Positions 34,672 to 44,417 of a DNA stretch of 50,381 nt are shown here, one piece after another. The translations under genes and the position numbers were made by a program. The DNA lies in the NCBI GenBank assembly GCA_964651965.1, contig CAZYZS010000009.1, positions 1 through 50,381 of the forward strand. Reading direction: 5' to 3'. Every line of letters begins with the position of its first letter. The first letter of the stretch is position 1. The stretch comes from Candidatus Woesearchaeota archaeon. Lineage in GTDB: Archaea > Nanobdellota > Nanobdellia > Pacearchaeales > GW2011-AR1. A model generated the notes under the pieces. The model was not told where the DNA came from and did no database searches. It worked only from the letters and a program-made list of their open reading frames with translations.

Positions 34672-35196
34672 TTATTTCAATTTAACAACGTATAATTCCT
34701 CAAAAAATATTCTTTTTGTTGCAAGAAGTTTTATAATATACCCCAGTTTTTTTGCTTCTCTCTTTATAATAGCAGGTTTTGAAAAAGAAGAAAATAAAAG
34801 TAAGATTTTACCATTCTTGTTTAAATGTTCTTTTGCTTGTCTTAAGAATTTTATAATTGTTTCGTATCCTCTTTTTCCGCCTGTTGTATCTTTTTCCCTA
34901 TCGCACCCGTCTTCTGGTAAATAAGGTGGATTAAAAATAATCAAATCAAACTTTTCCCTAATATTCGAGAATAAATTGCTTTTAACTACCTTGAATTTTT
35001 TTTCTTTTAATGTTTTGATTGCCTCTTTATCAATATCTGCAGCAGTTATATTTTCGAATCCAAGGTTTCTGCAGGTTTCTGCTTGTATTCCTGAGCCAGA
35101 ACCCATATCTAGAATTTTTATATTTTTGCCTTTATCTTTTAAGTATTTTTTTAGTATAGAAGATAAAAGATAAGAGTCTTCCCTGGGAAGATACAT
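34672..35196 (-). CDS. HemK/Mtq2-family N5-glutamine (release-factor) methyltransferase
   Basis: SAM motif ILDMGSGSG and catalytic NPPY (IIFNPPYLP). The preferred start ATG 35196 lies 1 nt after the upstream gene's stop; the track start at 35253 overlaps that gene. Confidence 0.7.
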   Translation of the reverse strand: MYLPREDSYLLSSILKKYLKDKGKNIKILDMGSGSGIQAETCRNLGFENITAADIDKEAIKTLKEKKFKVVKSNLFSNIREKFDLIIFNPPYLPEDGCDREKDTTGGKRGYETIIKFLRQAKEHLNKNGKILLLFSSFSKPAIIKREAKKLGYIIKLLATKRIFFEELYVVKLK

Positions 35197-35197
35197 T

Positions 35198-35578
35198 TTA
35201 AGAGAACCAGCCTGCAATTGTGTCTCTAAACAGCAAAACAAGCACGAACGCAACTATTAGTATAATTAACACTGCTACGAGAGATACTATCTTCCAATTC
35301 TCAGCGAAAAATCCAGAGCCCCCTTTTTTAACACTTGCTTGTGGATTTTGAGGCTGCATTTTGTTGGGCGGATTGCTTCGCGAAGGTTGTACTGAAGCTG
35401 TAGGGGTCCTAAAAGGCTGCTGCATGGCTAAAACAGAATCTGAACTCAGGACGTCAACTCCCTCTTGCACCTCTTCTGCAGAATATCCTGCATTAAGTAG
35501 ACTTTGCTTGGCAGCTTCAATTGAAGCGCCCCTTTCCAGACCATTCTTTAAGCCTGCTACAATATCATCTCTAACCAT
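35198..35578 (-). CDS. Tail-anchored membrane protein of unknown function
   Basis: N-terminal helical domain, a Pro/Gln-rich linker and a C-terminal TM WKIVSLVAVLIILIVAFVLVLLF. Confidence 0.45.
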   Translation of the reverse strand: MVRDDIVAGLKNGLERGASIEAAKQSLLNAGYSAEEVQEGVDVLSSDSVLAMQQPFRTPTASVQPSRSNPPNKMQPQNPQASVKKGGSGFFAENWKIVSLVAVLIILIVAFVLVLLFRDTIAGWFS

Positions 35579-35636
35579 TTCTGTTCTATTTGCCTCTTTT
35601 ATCTATAAATATGAAAAAAGGATTATTTAAACTTTA

Positions 35637-36974
35637 TCACAAGTCTAATTTCTGGGAGTCTTGCATTAAGTGTATATTTTTCCCCAGAGAATAACCCATC
35701 TGAGATGCAAGCTCTGCCATCGGCGTTAATTTTGGTAAGTCTCCATGGGCAGGAATTATATTTTCTGGCTGAACCATGCTTATAAAATCCCTTAAATCTT
35801 CTCTGGAGGCATGTCCTGAAACATGGACGTCTCCAAATATCCTAACTCCCTTTTGCTTGAGCCTTTTTTCTAATTGATTTCTGTTGGATACGTTTATTGG
35901 CGTTGGGATAACAGAGGATGAAAAAATTATATGGTCCTGGTTTTGGAAGGAAAATGGCAGTTCATTTCTGGACAGCCGGTCAAGCACAGAACCTGGCTCC
36001 CCCTGATGTCCCGTGCAGACAATAAGATAATTCGCTCTGTTCTTACTTGCTTTCTTTAAGCCAGATTCAACTTGTTTCCTGTAGCTCAAAAGAGAAATAT
36101 CGTTATAGAACGGGCAGGTGTTTGCCTTATTGGCTGCATTCACATATTTGTTTAGGCTTCTACCTACAAATATAATTTTCCTTCCAAGCTGGTTGCCAAA
36201 ATCAACAATGCTTTTCAGCCTGGCAATATGAGAAGAAAAGGTAGTAATAATGATTCCTGCTCGCTGATTCTCAGTTGTCAACATAACATCCTCTAACAGC
36301 CCTCTTGCAATTTTCTCGCTTGGCGTCTTCCTTTCGTTTCCAGAGTATAAGGAATCGACTATCAATGCCTTAATTCCCTCTTTTGCAAGTTCTCTCAATT
36401 TTTCGTAATTCGGCCTCTTTCCAACGATGGGGGTATTATCAAACTTGAAGTCATTAGCATACAATACTACTCCTTCTTTGGTATGCAAGGCTATCATAGA
36501 TGTTTGAGGAGTCGAATGGGTAACATTGATAAAATCGACGCTGCATTTTTTATGCCCATTTAAAGAACAGGAAGAATTCGGCTGCATCACTTTTATCTTG
36601 TTTCTTAGGTTTATGTTCTCGTCCTTTAACATTATCCTCAACACCTCTGCGGTAAACGGAGTGCATATAATCTCTGCATTATAGCGGTAAGCTATGTAAG
36701 GCACGGCCCCTATATGGTCCAGATGGGCATGACCAAGAAAGATAGCCCGTATCCTGCTTCTCAGATTAAGCCTGTCTAAGATAGTGTCGTCTGGAATAGC
36801 CCCATAAGCCCTAAGCCTTTTTTCTGTATACTCTTTTAATCTTTCCTGTTCTTCTAGCTCCACAATTGGCGGAAGAAACAATCCCATATCGAATATAAAA
36901 GCATCTCCTCCTGACTCAACAACAGTCATGTTTTTCCCTACTTCATTAAATCCGCCGATAGTATGAATTCTCAT
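35637..36974 (-). CDS. rnj: Archaeal RNase J (beta-CASP metallo-beta-lactamase ribonuclease)
   Basis: MRIHTIGGFNEVGKNM N-terminus and GHAHLDHIGAVPY. 445 aa, typical of archaeal RNase J, which lacks KH domains. Confidence 0.8.
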   Translation of the reverse strand: MRIHTIGGFNEVGKNMTVVESGGDAFIFDMGLFLPPIVELEEQERLKEYTEKRLRAYGAIPDDTILDRLNLRSRIRAIFLGHAHLDHIGAVPYIAYRYNAEIICTPFTAEVLRIMLKDENINLRNKIKVMQPNSSCSLNGHKKCSVDFINVTHSTPQTSMIALHTKEGVVLYANDFKFDNTPIVGKRPNYEKLRELAKEGIKALIVDSLYSGNERKTPSEKIARGLLEDVMLTTENQRAGIIITTFSSHIARLKSIVDFGNQLGRKIIFVGRSLNKYVNAANKANTCPFYNDISLLSYRKQVESGLKKASKNRANYLIVCTGHQGEPGSVLDRLSRNELPFSFQNQDHIIFSSSVIPTPINVSNRNQLEKRLKQKGVRIFGDVHVSGHASREDLRDFISMVQPENIIPAHGDLPKLTPMAELASQMGYSLGKNIHLMQDSQKLDL

Positions 36975-37093
36975 TTTCTCATTTAACCTCTCTTTCTTTT
37001 GTCAATAAAGAAGGCGGGCTTTAAATATGTTGTGAAAGAAAAAAGGCCTAAGAAGAGGCAAACCTTTTTTAATCTTGAAGAATAGTTACTTAT

Positions 37094-40000
37094 ATGAAAG
37101 AAAGAGGTAAAAAGATTATTTTTTTAGTTTTCTTCTTAGTCGTAATTCTGATTTTTGCTTTTGCTTTCTTTGTTAGCTCACAAGAGCAAAAGAAAGCAAA
37201 CGAGGAGGTTTACAAGCAAATTGAAAAAAATGGGGAAACCAATGTTATAGTTAAGATAAAAGAAAAAGATGGGTGGTTTGGAGAGGAAAAAGAAAAATTA
37301 ATTGGGCTACAAATCACAGAAGAAGAGCTAGAAGAGCTGGAAAAAGACAAAAAAGTAGAAAAGATTGAATTTTCTCCGCAGATAAGGGCATTTTTGCAAG
37401 ATAGTGTTGAAATCATTAATGCAACAAATGCCTGGCCAATTCAAATTAATGGCATTAACCTTACTGGAGTTAATGAAACAATATGCATTATTGATACTGG
37501 AGTAAACTTTTCTCATCCAGCACTTATAGGAAAAAACAAAACCTGCAATATTGACTGCTATAATAAAGACTGCATAGAAAACTGCTCGATTATTGACGAT
37601 AACGGGCATGGCACTCATAACGCAGGAATAATTGTAGCTTCTTCTGCGATAAATGGAGTAGCAACTAATGCTTCACTTATAAGCTTAAAAATTCTAGATG
37701 AAAATGGATGGGGCCATCCAACAAATGCTACTATAAATTTAATAGACTCTATTAACTGGTGTATTGAGAATAAAGATAACTACAGTATTTCTGTTATGTC
37801 TTTAAGCCTTGGAACAGAAACCTTGTACAGCGATTACTGCGACTATGATTATCCATCTATTGCGGCAGTAATAAACAATGCGGCATTTCACAATATTTCT
37901 GTTATATTTGCTACTGGAAATGAGGCGGGGAGCACCACTTCAATTGCGGCGCCTGCGTGCATTGAAAACTCAACTGCAGTAGGCTCGATACGCAAGGATG
38001 ATACAACCTTCGACTATAACAGGAATGCAAAAACTGATTTAATTGCTCCTGGATATTTAATTAATTCTACAAGAGGCTATTCTGGAAACTGTTTGAGCGG
38101 ATGCAATTGCGATGGCGTAAGTTATATGATATGCTCGGGCACCTCTATGGCCACTCCGCATGTTGCAGGAGCTTTTGCATTATTGCATCAGTATCTTAAG
38201 TTACAGGATGGGCACGAGCCTAAACCCTATGAGATTGAAAATATCCTAAAAGGCAGTGCAAAAATTATAAACGACAGTGATGGAAGCGGATTAAATTTCT
38301 ACAGGATAGATGTTTATTCTGCCTTGATTTATGCAGATAGCGCCTCTCCTGAAGTTAACCTAATTTCTCCTCCAAACAATGTAGAGAATGTTTCAAGAAA
38401 CCAGACATTTAAATGTAATTCTACTGACTACATTGGATTAAGAAACATAACCCTCCAAATATGGAATTCAAGTTCTCTTTATTATGAAAACACTACAGAA
38501 GCCACTGGAAACTTCTCAGAAAGAGAATGGAACCTCACCCTGGATTATAATAGTTATCACTGGAACTGCCTTGCATATGACTTGGGTGATAATCCAAGTT
38601 ATGCAGAAACTAATTTTACTTTGAATATAACTAATGGAATAAAAATGATTGTAATCGGAGTAGATGGTTTTCAGTATTCGCATTATGTTACTCTCCTTAA
38701 GGCAGGGGTTTTGGGTAATTTCACCAGACTAATGGCAAATGGGGGGTTTAATACCACATTAAATATAACAGGACATTCAAGTACAGAAACAGCTCCTGGA
38801 AATGCAGAGCTACAGTCTGGACTAAACGAAACACTTACGGGAATTTCTGATAACACATGCAATAATCCCTTGCCTGATGGGAATGCCACTTTTGAAAGAA
38901 TAAAGGCGTTTAATTCGAGCATTAAAACAGGATTGATTTATGGTAAAACTAAATGTTATGTTCCTAACGGAGTTCTTGGAAATTCCTTAGATACTATTGA
39001 TTGGTTTCATAATAGAACTACTTACAACTCAACTAACTGGACAGATGGAACTGTTTGTGATGATTCAAGAAATGTTTCAAAAAAAGCAACAGAGTTCATA
39101 GGAAATTACTCCAATTCTTCTTTTTATCTTTTTGTTTATTTTGGAGCACCTGACTGCTCAGGGCATGCGGCAGGAGACAATTCCATCAATTATAACAATT
39201 CGTTTATAAATGTAGACGCGGGGCTGGGAATCTTGCTGGATTCTCTAGAACAAAATGGAATAGACGATATAACTCAAATAATTATAACTACAGACCATGG
39301 CTGGAATGAAAACACTACATCGCACGCGACTTTCGATGAAAACACCACAGTAATTCCAATAATAACCAATAACATAACTCTTATACAGGCGACTACTTCA
39401 GACGGAGTAAGAGAGCAGTGTGAAATTGCACCTACTACCTTGGATTATTTTGGATTAAACGAATCAGATTATCAGGAAATTATTGACAATGGCTGCGAGT
39501 CTATGATTTATCGTGATATATACCCCCCCGGATTAACTGTAACTTCTCCTTCTTCAACTACCTACACTTCCTCTTCAATTAGGTTTAATGTAACTCTCGA
39601 TGAATCTGGATATTGCGAGTACTCGCTTAATAATGGCACGACAAACAATACCATGAACTCTGAAAATAATTTAAACTGGTACTCTACAAGCACACTTTCG
39701 AATGGAGCCTATACGGTAGTATTCTATTGCAATGATACAAGAAACAATAAAAATTATAGCGAAATAGCCGGTTTCACTGTTTCTGTTTCTTCTTCAACTC
39801 TTCCTAGCGGGGGCGGTGGTACATCTGTTATCATATACTGCCCTACAACTGAACAGCTAGACCGAGGATATTCTAAAGAATTAAGGAAGGGGGACTCTAT
39901 CATATTTTTTATAATCAATTTAGGAAAAGAAGAATATAAATTAATAATAAAATCAATTCTAGAAGACTCGGTTGTATTTCTAATTGAAAGCATATCACTT

Positions 40001-40384
40001 GAAAAAAGTATAATTTCTGGAAATAGTGAAAAATTTGACTTGACAAATGATGGAATTTATGACTTGGGCATAAAACTAAATTCTATTGAAAACAACCAGG
40101 CGAACATTACAATAATGACATTGAATCAAACCACATTAACGCCTCCAAAAATAAATGCAACTACAGAAGCTAGCAAGGAAAACTATGAAGAAGAAAACAA
40201 GGCCATTAATAAGACTGGGGAAAAGAATATAAATATAACCAGGTATATACTTGCGTCAATTATTGGTGCAATGGCCGCTACAGCAGCCATAATAGCAATT
40301 TTAACAGCCAAAAATGAAAAAGCTAAAGCCAAGTTCACGAGAAAAGAAGCGCTATCTCTTAATAAAGGGAAAAGAAGCAAGTAA
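37094..40384 (+). CDS. Surface-anchored subtilisin (S8) protease fused to an alkaline-phosphatase-superfamily (NPP-type phosphodiesterase) domain
   Basis: N-terminal TM/signal. S8 triad: IIDTGV (Asp), DDNGHGTHNAG (His), SGTSMATPHVAG (Ser). Ig-like modules. NPP-like motifs IGVDGFQYSHY, GHSSTETAPGN, APDCSGHAAGD and ITTDHGW. C-terminal TM ILASIIGAMAATAAIIAIL. N-x-S/T sequons are dense. Confidence 0.85.
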   Translation: MKERGKKIIFLVFFLVVILIFAFAFFVSSQEQKKANEEVYKQIEKNGETNVIVKIKEKDGWFGEEKEKLIGLQITEEELEELEKDKKVEKIEFSPQIRAFLQDSVEIINATNAWPIQINGINLTGVNETICIIDTGVNFSHPALIGKNKTCNIDCYNKDCIENCSIIDDNGHGTHNAGIIVASSAINGVATNASLISLKILDENGWGHPTNATINLIDSINWCIENKDNYSISVMSLSLGTETLYSDYCDYDYPSIAAVINNAAFHNISVIFATGNEAGSTTSIAAPACIENSTAVGSIRKDDTTFDYNRNAKTDLIAPGYLINSTRGYSGNCLSGCNCDGVSYMICSGTSMATPHVAGAFALLHQYLKLQDGHEPKPYEIENILKGSAKIINDSDGSGLNFYRIDVYSALIYADSASPEVNLISPPNNVENVSRNQTFKCNSTDYIGLRNITLQIWNSSSLYYENTTEATGNFSEREWNLTLDYNSYHWNCLAYDLGDNPSYAETNFTLNITNGIKMIVIGVDGFQYSHYVTLLKAGVLGNFTRLMANGGFNTTLNITGHSSTETAPGNAELQSGLNETLTGISDNTCNNPLPDGNATFERIKAFNSSIKTGLIYGKTKCYVPNGVLGNSLDTIDWFHNRTTYNSTNWTDGTVCDDSRNVSKKATEFIGNYSNSSFYLFVYFGAPDCSGHAAGDNSINYNNSFINVDAGLGILLDSLEQNGIDDITQIIITTDHGWNENTTSHATFDENTTVIPIITNNITLIQATTSDGVREQCEIAPTTLDYFGLNESDYQEIIDNGCESMIYRDIYPPGLTVTSPSSTTYTSSSIRFNVTLDESGYCEYSLNNGTTNNTMNSENNLNWYSTSTLSNGAYTVVFYCNDTRNNKNYSEIAGFTVSVSSSTLPSGGGGTSVIIYCPTTEQLDRGYSKELRKGDSIIFFIINLGKEEYKLIIKSILEDSVVFLIESISLEKSIISGNSEKFDLTNDGIYDLGIKLNSIENNQANITIMTLNQTTLTPPKINATTEASKENYEEENKAINKTGEKNINITRYILASIIGAMAATAAIIAILTAKNEKAKAKFTRKEALSLNKGKRSK

Positions 40385-40589
40385 AGAAGCAATAGATGAA
40401 GCCCTCTTAGGGTATATGGGTGTTTTAAGCTATAGCAAAGCCTGTCCAGAAGTGATAAAAAACAGTAAAAACAGCCTAATTCTCGCAGTAAATAGGTCCT
40501 CTCTAGATGAAATAAGGGCGGCTCTCTTAATTTCTGGAAAAAAAATAGAAGTGAAAAGGGTTAGCGGCTCGCTAAAAAATGTGAAATAG
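40314..40589 (+). CDS. rnp2: RNase P protein component 2 (Pop5)
   Basis: MKKLKPSSREKKRYLLIKG... matches the Pop5 N-terminal L-x-P-x-x-R-x-K-x-RY motif. ...VSGSLKNVK matches the Pop5 C-terminal VSGT(I/L)K. Short at 91 aa. It overlaps the protease gene by 71 nt. Confidence 0.75.
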   Translation: MKKLKPSSREKKRYLLIKGKEASKEAIDEALLGYMGVLSYSKACPEVIKNSKNSLILAVNRSSLDEIRAALLISGKKIEVKRVSGSLKNVK

Positions 40590-40670
40590 TAAGGTTTTTA
40601 AATGCCTTTTTCTTGTCTTTTTGGTAAGGAGGAAATTAGATTTAACTGATTATTCAGTTCTTATACAAAA

Positions 40671-41396
40671 ATGGTTGAAATGCCTGTAGATATGCAACAT
40701 CAGATGATGGGTTATGATAGAGCTGCGACTATGTTTTCACCAGACGGGCATATTTTGCAGGTTGAATATGCTGAAAAAACAGTGAGATTGGGCTCTGCTT
40801 CGATAGGGATGGTGTGCAAGGATGGGGTAGTAATAGTAGCAGACAAAAGAATTAAAGATAAGCTGATTGTCCCAGAATCTGTAAATAAAGTTTATGAGAT
40901 TGATGAGCATATTGCTTCTAGTGCTGCAGGGATATTGAGCGATGCGAGAGTATTAGTGGAGAGAGCACAGTTAATAGCCCAACAGCATAGAGTTACTTAT
41001 GACTCCCCGATAGATATGGAATCTGTAATTAAAGAAGTAGCTAATATAATGCAAACCTTCACCCAATATCCTGGAGCGAGACCTTTTGGAGTATCGATAA
41101 TGTTGGCAGGGGTAAATTCTGAGCCCGGCCTTTTTGTCAGCGAAGTTACTGGCAATTATACAGCTTATATGGCAACAGCTATAGGCGAGAACGATGAAAG
41201 ACTAAAAGAAGAACTAAGAAAGAGATATAAAGAAGACATGACAATCGAAGAAGGCATTAAACTTTCCTTAAAAATATTTAAAGAAGTGCTTGGAAAGAAT
41301 TTCGATGGAGAAAGATTCGATATAGGTTATGTTGAAAAAAGTAACAAAAAACTAAAAAGGATATCAGGAGAAAAATTAAAGAAGTATCTGAAGTAA
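40671..41396 (+). CDS. psmA: Proteasome alpha subunit
   Basis: GYDRAATMFSPDGHILQVEYA is the canonical alpha-subunit N-terminus. Confidence 0.9.
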   Translation: MVEMPVDMQHQMMGYDRAATMFSPDGHILQVEYAEKTVRLGSASIGMVCKDGVVIVADKRIKDKLIVPESVNKVYEIDEHIASSAAGILSDARVLVERAQLIAQQHRVTYDSPIDMESVIKEVANIMQTFTQYPGARPFGVSIMLAGVNSEPGLFVSEVTGNYTAYMATAIGENDERLKEELRKRYKEDMTIEEGIKLSLKIFKEVLGKNFDGERFDIGYVEKSNKKLKRISGEKLKKYLK

Positions 41397-41403
41397 GATT
41401 AAA

Positions 41404-42084
41404 ATGACTGACGTTATAGCAAGAATTAGGATTAAAAGCAAAGATTATGAAGTTCTGGTCAATTTGGATAAAGCTTTGGAGTTAAAACAGGGGAAACCAG
41501 CAGATATTAACAGTATTCTTTCCTTTGATAAGGTTTTTTATGACGCAAAAAAAGGGCTTCATGCCTCTAGCGCGGATTTGGAAGCAGCTTTTGGCACATC
41601 CAATGTGGCTGAAGTTGCAGAGAAAATAATTAAGCGGGGAGAGATACAGGTACCAAAAGAGTACAAAGACAAAGAAAGAGGGGACAAGAAAAAACAGATA
41701 GTTGATTTTCTGGCAAGAAATGCGATTGACCCCCGGACAAATTCTCCCCATACAGCAGACAGAATATCCCGCACTATCGATGAAACAGGAGTTAATATAG
41801 ACAACAGGCCAATGGAACAGCAGATATTAGGAGTGATTGAAAAAATAAAGCCTGCACTACCGATAAAAATAAAAACCAAGAAACTTAAAATTAGAATCCC
41901 TGCAGAGCACACAGGAAGAACTTATGGCATAGTCACAGAGTATAAGGAAAGCGAAGAATGGCTCTCAAACGGAGAACTAGTGGTAGTAATCAATCTTCCA
42001 GTCGGATTACAGGAAAGCTTTTATGATAAATTAAATTCCATAACTCACGGTTCTGCTATAACGCAGGAACTGAAAGAAGCATAA
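41404..42084 (+). CDS. SBDS-family ribosome maturation protein
   Basis: ARIRIKSKDYEVLVNLDKALELKQGK...DKVFYDAKKG is an SBDS N-terminal FYSH-like domain. It holds the conserved position between psmA and rrp4. Confidence 0.85.
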   Translation: MTDVIARIRIKSKDYEVLVNLDKALELKQGKPADINSILSFDKVFYDAKKGLHASSADLEAAFGTSNVAEVAEKIIKRGEIQVPKEYKDKERGDKKKQIVDFLARNAIDPRTNSPHTADRISRTIDETGVNIDNRPMEQQILGVIEKIKPALPIKIKTKKLKIRIPAEHTGRTYGIVTEYKESEEWLSNGELVVVINLPVGLQESFYDKLNSITHGSAITQELKEA

Positions 42085-42085
42085 A

Positions 42086-42871
42086 ATGATAGCAAAACAA
42101 GAAACAGAAGAACCAGTAGAAGAATTTGGACAAGAAGATGAAGAAAGGAAAGAGAAAAGAGAGCTAGTGATACCTGGGGAGGTTATAGCTACTGGAAATG
42201 AATATCTACCAGGAGACTGGGCTAAAAGAGAAGGGCAGGATATCATTGCTTTAAGATTTGGTTTAGCTGATAAATCTGGAAGGCTAATCAAGATAATTCC
42301 ATTATCTGGAACGTACATGCCAAGAAAAGGAAATGTGGTTATAGGAAAAGTACTCGACATTACATTCAATGGATGGATTATGGACATCGATGCTCCTTAT
42401 GCTTCATTCTTGCCTTTGAGCGAGTGTTCTAAGTTTGTAAACAAAAATGATCTTTCTGAATGCTATGATATAGGAGATATGCTAGCAGTAAAAGTGCTGG
42501 GGGTAAAGAGAAAAGGCATTGACTTAACTGCAAGAGGCAAGAACCTAGGAAAGCTAGAAGAAGGGATGATAATAAGAATAAACAGCAATAAAGTTCCAAG
42601 AGTCATTGGAAAAGAAGGAAGCATGATAAATCTGATAAAAAAAGAGTCCAACTGCGACATTACAGTAGGGCAGAACGGCATAATCTGGATTAGAGGAGAA
42701 AAAGTTGAAGACGAGCTTTTTGCAGAAAAAGCTATTCTATTTGTTACAGAAAAATCTTTTATCGAGGGACTTACAGAAAAAACAAAGGTTTGGCTGGAAG
42801 AAGCCAAAAATCATCCGAAAGATATAAAAGAAGATAAAACAGAGAAAAAGAAAGCTAAGGAGAGCAAATAA
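42086..42871 (+). CDS. rrp4: Exosome complex RNA-binding subunit Rrp4
   Basis: S1 domain (GNVVIGKVLDITFNGWIMDIDAPYASFLPLSE) and KH domain (VPRVIGKEGSMINLIKKESNCDITVGQNGIIWI). Confidence 0.85.
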   Translation: MIAKQETEEPVEEFGQEDEERKEKRELVIPGEVIATGNEYLPGDWAKREGQDIIALRFGLADKSGRLIKIIPLSGTYMPRKGNVVIGKVLDITFNGWIMDIDAPYASFLPLSECSKFVNKNDLSECYDIGDMLAVKVLGVKRKGIDLTARGKNLGKLEEGMIIRINSNKVPRVIGKEGSMINLIKKESNCDITVGQNGIIWIRGEKVEDELFAEKAILFVTEKSFIEGLTEKTKVWLEEAKNHPKDIKEDKTEKKKAKESK

Positions 42872-42873
42872 AA

Positions 42874-43575
42874 ATGGCATATACCAAAAGACCTGACGGA
42901 AGAAAATTTGATGAATTGAGAGAAATAAAAGCAAAAGTCGGAGTTATCCCAAGAGCAGATGGTTCTGCGATGTTTGCATTTGGAGATACAATTGCCATTG
43001 CTGCAGTTTATGGCCCTAAACCATTACATCCCCAGCATCTCCAGAACCCCGAAAAAGGAGTTTTAAGGGTCAATTATGACATGCTTTCATTTTCGGTAAA
43101 TGAGAGAAAGAAGCCAGGTCCAAGCAGAAGAAGCCAGGAAATTAGCAAAGTGACCGAGTGGGCACTTGCCCCTGCATTACAAATCAATAATTTTCAAAAT
43201 ACGGTGGTGGATGTTCACATTACAATACTACAGGCAAATGCTTCTACAAGATGCGCAGGAATAAATGCAGCTTCTCTCGCATTAGCGCATGCAGGAATTC
43301 CAATGATAGATTTAGTTTCAGCCGTGTCTATAGGAAAGATAGACGATAAAATTGTGACTGATTTAATCAAGGAGGAGGAAGACTACGAAGATGGAGAGGG
43401 GGCAACTGATATCCCGTTCGCTTTTTTAAGCAAAAGCGGAGAGATAACCCTCATGCAGTTAGATGGAAGGACGAGCACCAAGAAACTGAAAGAGGCAATT
43501 GAAGCTGGAAGAAAAGCTTGCAAGGAAATCTATGATATACAGAAGAAAGTATTAAAGGAGATACAGGAAAAATAA
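42874..43575 (+). CDS. rrp41: Exosome complex exonuclease Rrp41 (RNase PH-like)
   Basis: RPDGRKFDELREIK...ADGSAMFAFGDT is an RNase PH domain. Conserved operon position. Confidence 0.9.
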   Translation: MAYTKRPDGRKFDELREIKAKVGVIPRADGSAMFAFGDTIAIAAVYGPKPLHPQHLQNPEKGVLRVNYDMLSFSVNERKKPGPSRRSQEISKVTEWALAPALQINNFQNTVVDVHITILQANASTRCAGINAASLALAHAGIPMIDLVSAVSIGKIDDKIVTDLIKEEEDYEDGEGATDIPFAFLSKSGEITLMQLDGRTSTKKLKEAIEAGRKACKEIYDIQKKVLKEIQEK

Positions 43576-43576
43576 A

Positions 43577-44407
43577 ATGGAAATTTCGAACTTGACAAAG
43601 AAGAGAATTAAAGATTATTTGGAAGCTGGAAAGAGATTTGATGGGAGGGGCCTTCTGGACCATAGGAAATTGACAATAGAAACAGGCATTTCAATAAATG
43701 CTGAAGGAAGCGCAAGAGTAAGACTTGGAAAGACAGAGGTCGTTGCAGGAGTCAAGATGGATGTAAGCGAACCATACACTGACCACGAAGGAGAGGGGAC
43801 AATGATTACTACCCTTGAACTGCTGCCGCTAAGCTCAGAAGAATTTGACTATGGACCACCAAAAATAGATGCAATTGAAATTGCCAGAATTGTCGATAGA
43901 GGTATAAGAGAAAGCAAGATGATTGATTTTGAAAAATTATGCATAAAAGAAGGGGAGAAAGTATGGACTCTCTTCATAGATATGTACACTATGAATGATG
44001 ATGGAAATTTGTTAGATGCGAGTGCTTTGGCTGCAATTGCTGCCCTGATGACTGCAAGAATGCCGAAATATGACGAAGAAAAAGAAAAAGTTTCTTTTGG
44101 AGAGTTTACCAAGGACCCATTGCCAATAACCAAAAACATTCCTTTAACCTTTACTTTCCATAAAATAGGCAAAAGCATAATCCTTGACCCAGGAAGAGAG
44201 GAAGAGGCTGCGAGCGAAGCCAGGGTAAGCATAGCTGTATCCTCAGATGGAAAAGAAACCAGGGTAAATGCGATGCAAAAGGGAAATGAGGCAGCCATAA
44301 AACCTGAAGAAATGTTCGAAATAATCGACTTAGCAGAGAAAAAATATAAGGAGTCTAGCAAAGAGATTTTTGAGATGATTGAGAAAAGTTTAAAAACTAA
44401 GAAATAA
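43577..44407 (+). CDS. rrp42: Exosome complex subunit Rrp42 (RNase PH-like)
   Basis: R.DGR...HRKLTIETGISINAEGSARVRLGKTEV is an RNase PH-like domain. It starts 1 nt after rrp41. Confidence 0.85.
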   Translation: MEISNLTKKRIKDYLEAGKRFDGRGLLDHRKLTIETGISINAEGSARVRLGKTEVVAGVKMDVSEPYTDHEGEGTMITTLELLPLSSEEFDYGPPKIDAIEIARIVDRGIRESKMIDFEKLCIKEGEKVWTLFIDMYTMNDDGNLLDASALAAIAALMTARMPKYDEEKEKVSFGEFTKDPLPITKNIPLTFTFHKIGKSIILDPGREEEAASEARVSIAVSSDGKETRVNAMQKGNEAAIKPEEMFEIIDLAEKKYKESSKEIFEMIEKSLKTKK

Positions 44408-44417
44408 GGAGTTTTAT

